Shown here: piece after piece, positions 61,480 to 64,000 of the stretch
Numbering within the stretch: the first letter of the stretch is position 1
How the letters are laid out: each line of letters begins with the position of its first letter
DNA from: Centroscyllium fabricii
Lineage: Eukaryota
Direction of reading: 5' to 3'
Length of the DNA stretch: 64,000 nucleotides
NCBI GenBank assembly: GCA_051313645.2
Contig: JBNRSN020000002.1
Span: 101,122,001 to 101,186,000, forward strand
The notes under the pieces: generated by a model
The model's database searches: none
What the model saw: only the letters and a program-made list of their open reading frames with translations
Told to the model about the DNA's origin: nothing
Position numbers and translations under genes: made by a program

Positions 61480-61900
61480 CAATGTACATACTGTATAACC
61501 ATAATGAATGCCAATCAAGCAAACAGTCATGCCTTCAGTCAAGTTTAACAGTAAGTGACTACACATACATGATTTAAATACTGATAAGGGTGAGAATTGT
61601 TTGATACCAGTGGGCACTAAATTCCACAAGTTGGCAACAGAAAAGGCAAAGGTTGATTCACCATCATCATTATGCACCTTGTGAAGAAAGCAATTAAGAC
61701 TCGAGCCAGATCTGGCTTTGTGAACATGAACAGATGAACAGGGAGCTCACTTAAGGTAGTCAGATATAAGGTTGAGGAAACATTTGGAATTGAAATGGGA
61801 AGATGAAGCTCATATATTCTTGCCGATGGAAATGAGCTAACCTATTGTTGCAAGACAGAAATATTCTAATGTCCAAAACAAGGATTCTAAGAGCAGCTTG
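61480..61900 (-). pseudogene. Old LINE ORF2 C-terminal remnant (L2/Crack-like)
   Basis: GESTFAFSVANLWNLVPTGIK...SVFKS. Confidence 0.55.
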
Positions 61901-61941
61901 ATTGCACAAAACAAATCAGTTTAATACAATATTACAAAGTT

Positions 61942-62170
61942 CCCCCAGTAGCTCAGTTGGTAAGTGCACAGCCTAGTGCACAGCTTAGTGTGGAACTGAA
62001 CCCTACTGACGGGCAAGTCCCACATTAGTTCACTGTGTGTATGTCATTTGTGGACATGTTGGGCTGAGCTGTGATGCCCCACTGATGGAATAGCCTACTG
62101 ATGCTCACTGTCTAAACTGATGGCCACTTGGGCAAGGGCTTCCAGTGACCATGGAAGAGTATTCTAGTAT
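61942..62170 (+). mobile_element. Degenerate tRNA-derived SINE
   Basis: gtagctcagttggtaag A-box-like start; body decayed. Confidence 0.4.
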
Positions 62171-62179
62171 GACTCCCTA

Positions 62180-63134
62180 GGAGGGCGCTAATGGGGGCGC
62201 AAAGCAACTAGCGCCCGAGCGTGGCGCGTTTAGCGCCGCTCGGCAAATTGACAAGGCGCTCGGCGGCGGCACTAAACATTAGCGCCACGATCTCCTGCGC
62301 CAGCTGATTGTGACGTCATTCAAGTGCACAACGCCCCGGTAGCGGCCCGGACCGGATATTGAGTGGTGCCCCCTGCCTTACCGCCTGCCGCTAACAACGA
62401 TAGGTTGAGGGGAGCATTCTACAGTCAGAAAGGGACTGGGGCAGCGCTATTTAAAGGTGACTGTTTCCTGCCTTTTTTTGTTGGTGACATTTTTGCACCG
62501 CACATTCTGACAGAGTGAGAGAGAGACTTCTGGAGAGATTCAACACTGTGTGAAGGAGTTTTGGGTAGAGTTGTACTGGTTCATTTTGATTTGCCCTTCC
62601 TTGTATCGATTTAGAAGAGAATGTGGGGGCTGCACTCTCAGCTCTTTCCCTGGGTCTCTCCATTGTTCTTCCCAGCAGATTTTATGCGCCTGTCTCCCCA
62701 GGCCGAGATTCAAGGCTGCAATGAGCAGGATGTGGATGGAGAGCAAGATCGACCCTCCCCTTTAAGATAAAAACAGAAAATGCAGGAGAAACTCAGCAGG
62801 TCAAGCAGCATCTGTGAAGAGAGAAAAAAGTTAATGTTTCAGGTCGATGACAATTCGTCAGAACTCCCCTTTAAGAATTGGACGGTGTCAGTGTGTCTGT
62901 GTTCCATTGCTGACTGACATCACATGAGCTTTGCCAGCACTCTGAGGTAACGCCTCGCTCCTCGGCCTTTGCGCCTTAAGAGAGGTGTGTAGCGCCTGAT
63001 TTATCGCCCCAATCATCTCCAGGGGCGTTAAAAGCCAAGTTTGCAGTTGGAGGCGATAATTAGCGCCAGGCACTAAATTTAGCGATGCACCGAGTATAGC
63101 GCCCCAAATGGGCTGATACAAAATTTTTCCCCCC
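62180..63134. mobile_element. GC-rich Harbinger-type MITE related to 20331-21164; left end uncertain
   Basis: TAGCGC/GCGCTA clusters at both ends; right end AAAATTTTTCCCCCC. Confidence 0.6.
62768..62863 (-). mobile_element. Hammerhead family B insertion (96 bp) inside a MITE
   Basis: 13-bp TSD CTCCCCTTTAAGA (62755-62767, 62864-62876); minus strand agttCTGACGAattgtcatcgacctGAAacattaact. Confidence 0.85.
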
Positions 63135-63317
63135 GTAACTTGAGGAGAGGAGAAAATTGGCTCCATTTAATCATATTGAATTTATGATTTACTTGTGAGA
63201 TATATTTTAATTTTTTGTTTTTTGTTTTAATGGTGCCAGTGTACAATTATGTTTGCAGTTGTCTGTTTCCCAATTATATATCATATATGATCTAAAATTG
63301 TGTTTTACTAGGTTAGA

Positions 63318-63492
63318 TTGTCAGCTTAGCTCAGTTAGTAGCAATCTTTTATTGGAGTCAGAAGATTGTGGGTTCAAGCTGCCCCCCAGGACCTCAGCAT
63401 ATAATCGAAGCTGATAAGTCCAGTACAATACTGAGGGAGTGTTACATTGTCAGAGGTGCCATCCTTCAAATGAGATAGCAAACCAAGTCTTG
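63318..63492 (+). mobile_element. DeuSINE/SacSINE-like 5' half
   Basis: agctcagttagtagc...gggttcaag head; gagggagtgttacattgtcagaggtgccatccttca as in 14758-14905. Confidence 0.7.
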
Positions 63493-63494
63493 TC

Positions 63495-63716
63495 GTATCT
63501 TTGGAGGTCTCTATCCCAGAGAGTTGAGGATGCTCAGTCATTGAGTATATTCAAGACTGAGATTGATAGATTTTTGGACGCTAAGGAAATCAGAGGATAT
63601 GGGGATAGGACGGAAAATTGGAATTGAGGTAAAAGATCAGCTATGATCTTATTGAATGGCAGAGCAGGCTCACAAGGCCATATGGCCTGCTGCTGCTCCT
63701 ATTTCTTACGTTCTTA
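63495..63716 (+). mobile_element. CR1 3' fragment
   Basis: gtcattgagtatattcaagactgagattgatagatttttgg ... tttcttacgttctta. Confidence 0.88.
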
Positions 63717-64000
63717 TTTCAGGTGGGTCACTGCCCAAGTTCGTCTATACATGGTTTTCTCCTTAAAGGTCCAAACATTAAAATATCAATGGTTTGTGAG
63801 ATAATTCATTCCTTCAAGTCTTTTTAGCTGACTTCCAGGGTAGTCCCCCCGGACAGACTTTGGGCGGTTTGTCCAATAGTCCTGGCTGGAGAATCTGTTC
63901 ATTTTCAGGTCTGGGCCTCAATATCATTCGCCCAGTGGGCTGTGGATGGAAATCCATTGGCTCCGGGCCGCCATACTGAAAGAGGATAGGCCTGTGGGAA

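Overview
Vertebrate non-coding DNA, most likely from a cartilaginous fish (inferred from HE1/V-SINE-like, Deu/SacSINE-like and LF-SINE-like SINEs and abundant CR1 LINEs). I recognise no host protein-coding gene; the best candidate is one unassigned 152-nt minus-strand exon at 44138-44289. The window is dominated by transposable elements: many CR1 copies (one near full length with an esterase-type ORF1), Rex1/Babar, L2 3' ends, a Penelope-like element (PLE; RT + GIY-YIG), a decayed Harbinger transposase with a set of Harbinger-type MITEs (3-bp TSDs), and a hAT MITE. Two large tandem arrays are present: a ~9.4-kb array of a 16-bp unit with a ~4.4-kb higher-order duplication, and a ~1.4-kb array of a 20-bp unit. 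The most interesting signal is two families of small fold-back, often TSD-flanked insertions carrying minimal type I hammerhead ribozyme motifs. Family A matches the 3' end of the PLE in this window, and one copy is a perfect 120-bp palindrome centred next to the predicted cleavage site. Hammerheads in PLEs are established knowledge; whether these mini-elements are undescribed needs a database search. All family assignments are from motif recognition by eye, and many element boundaries are approximate.
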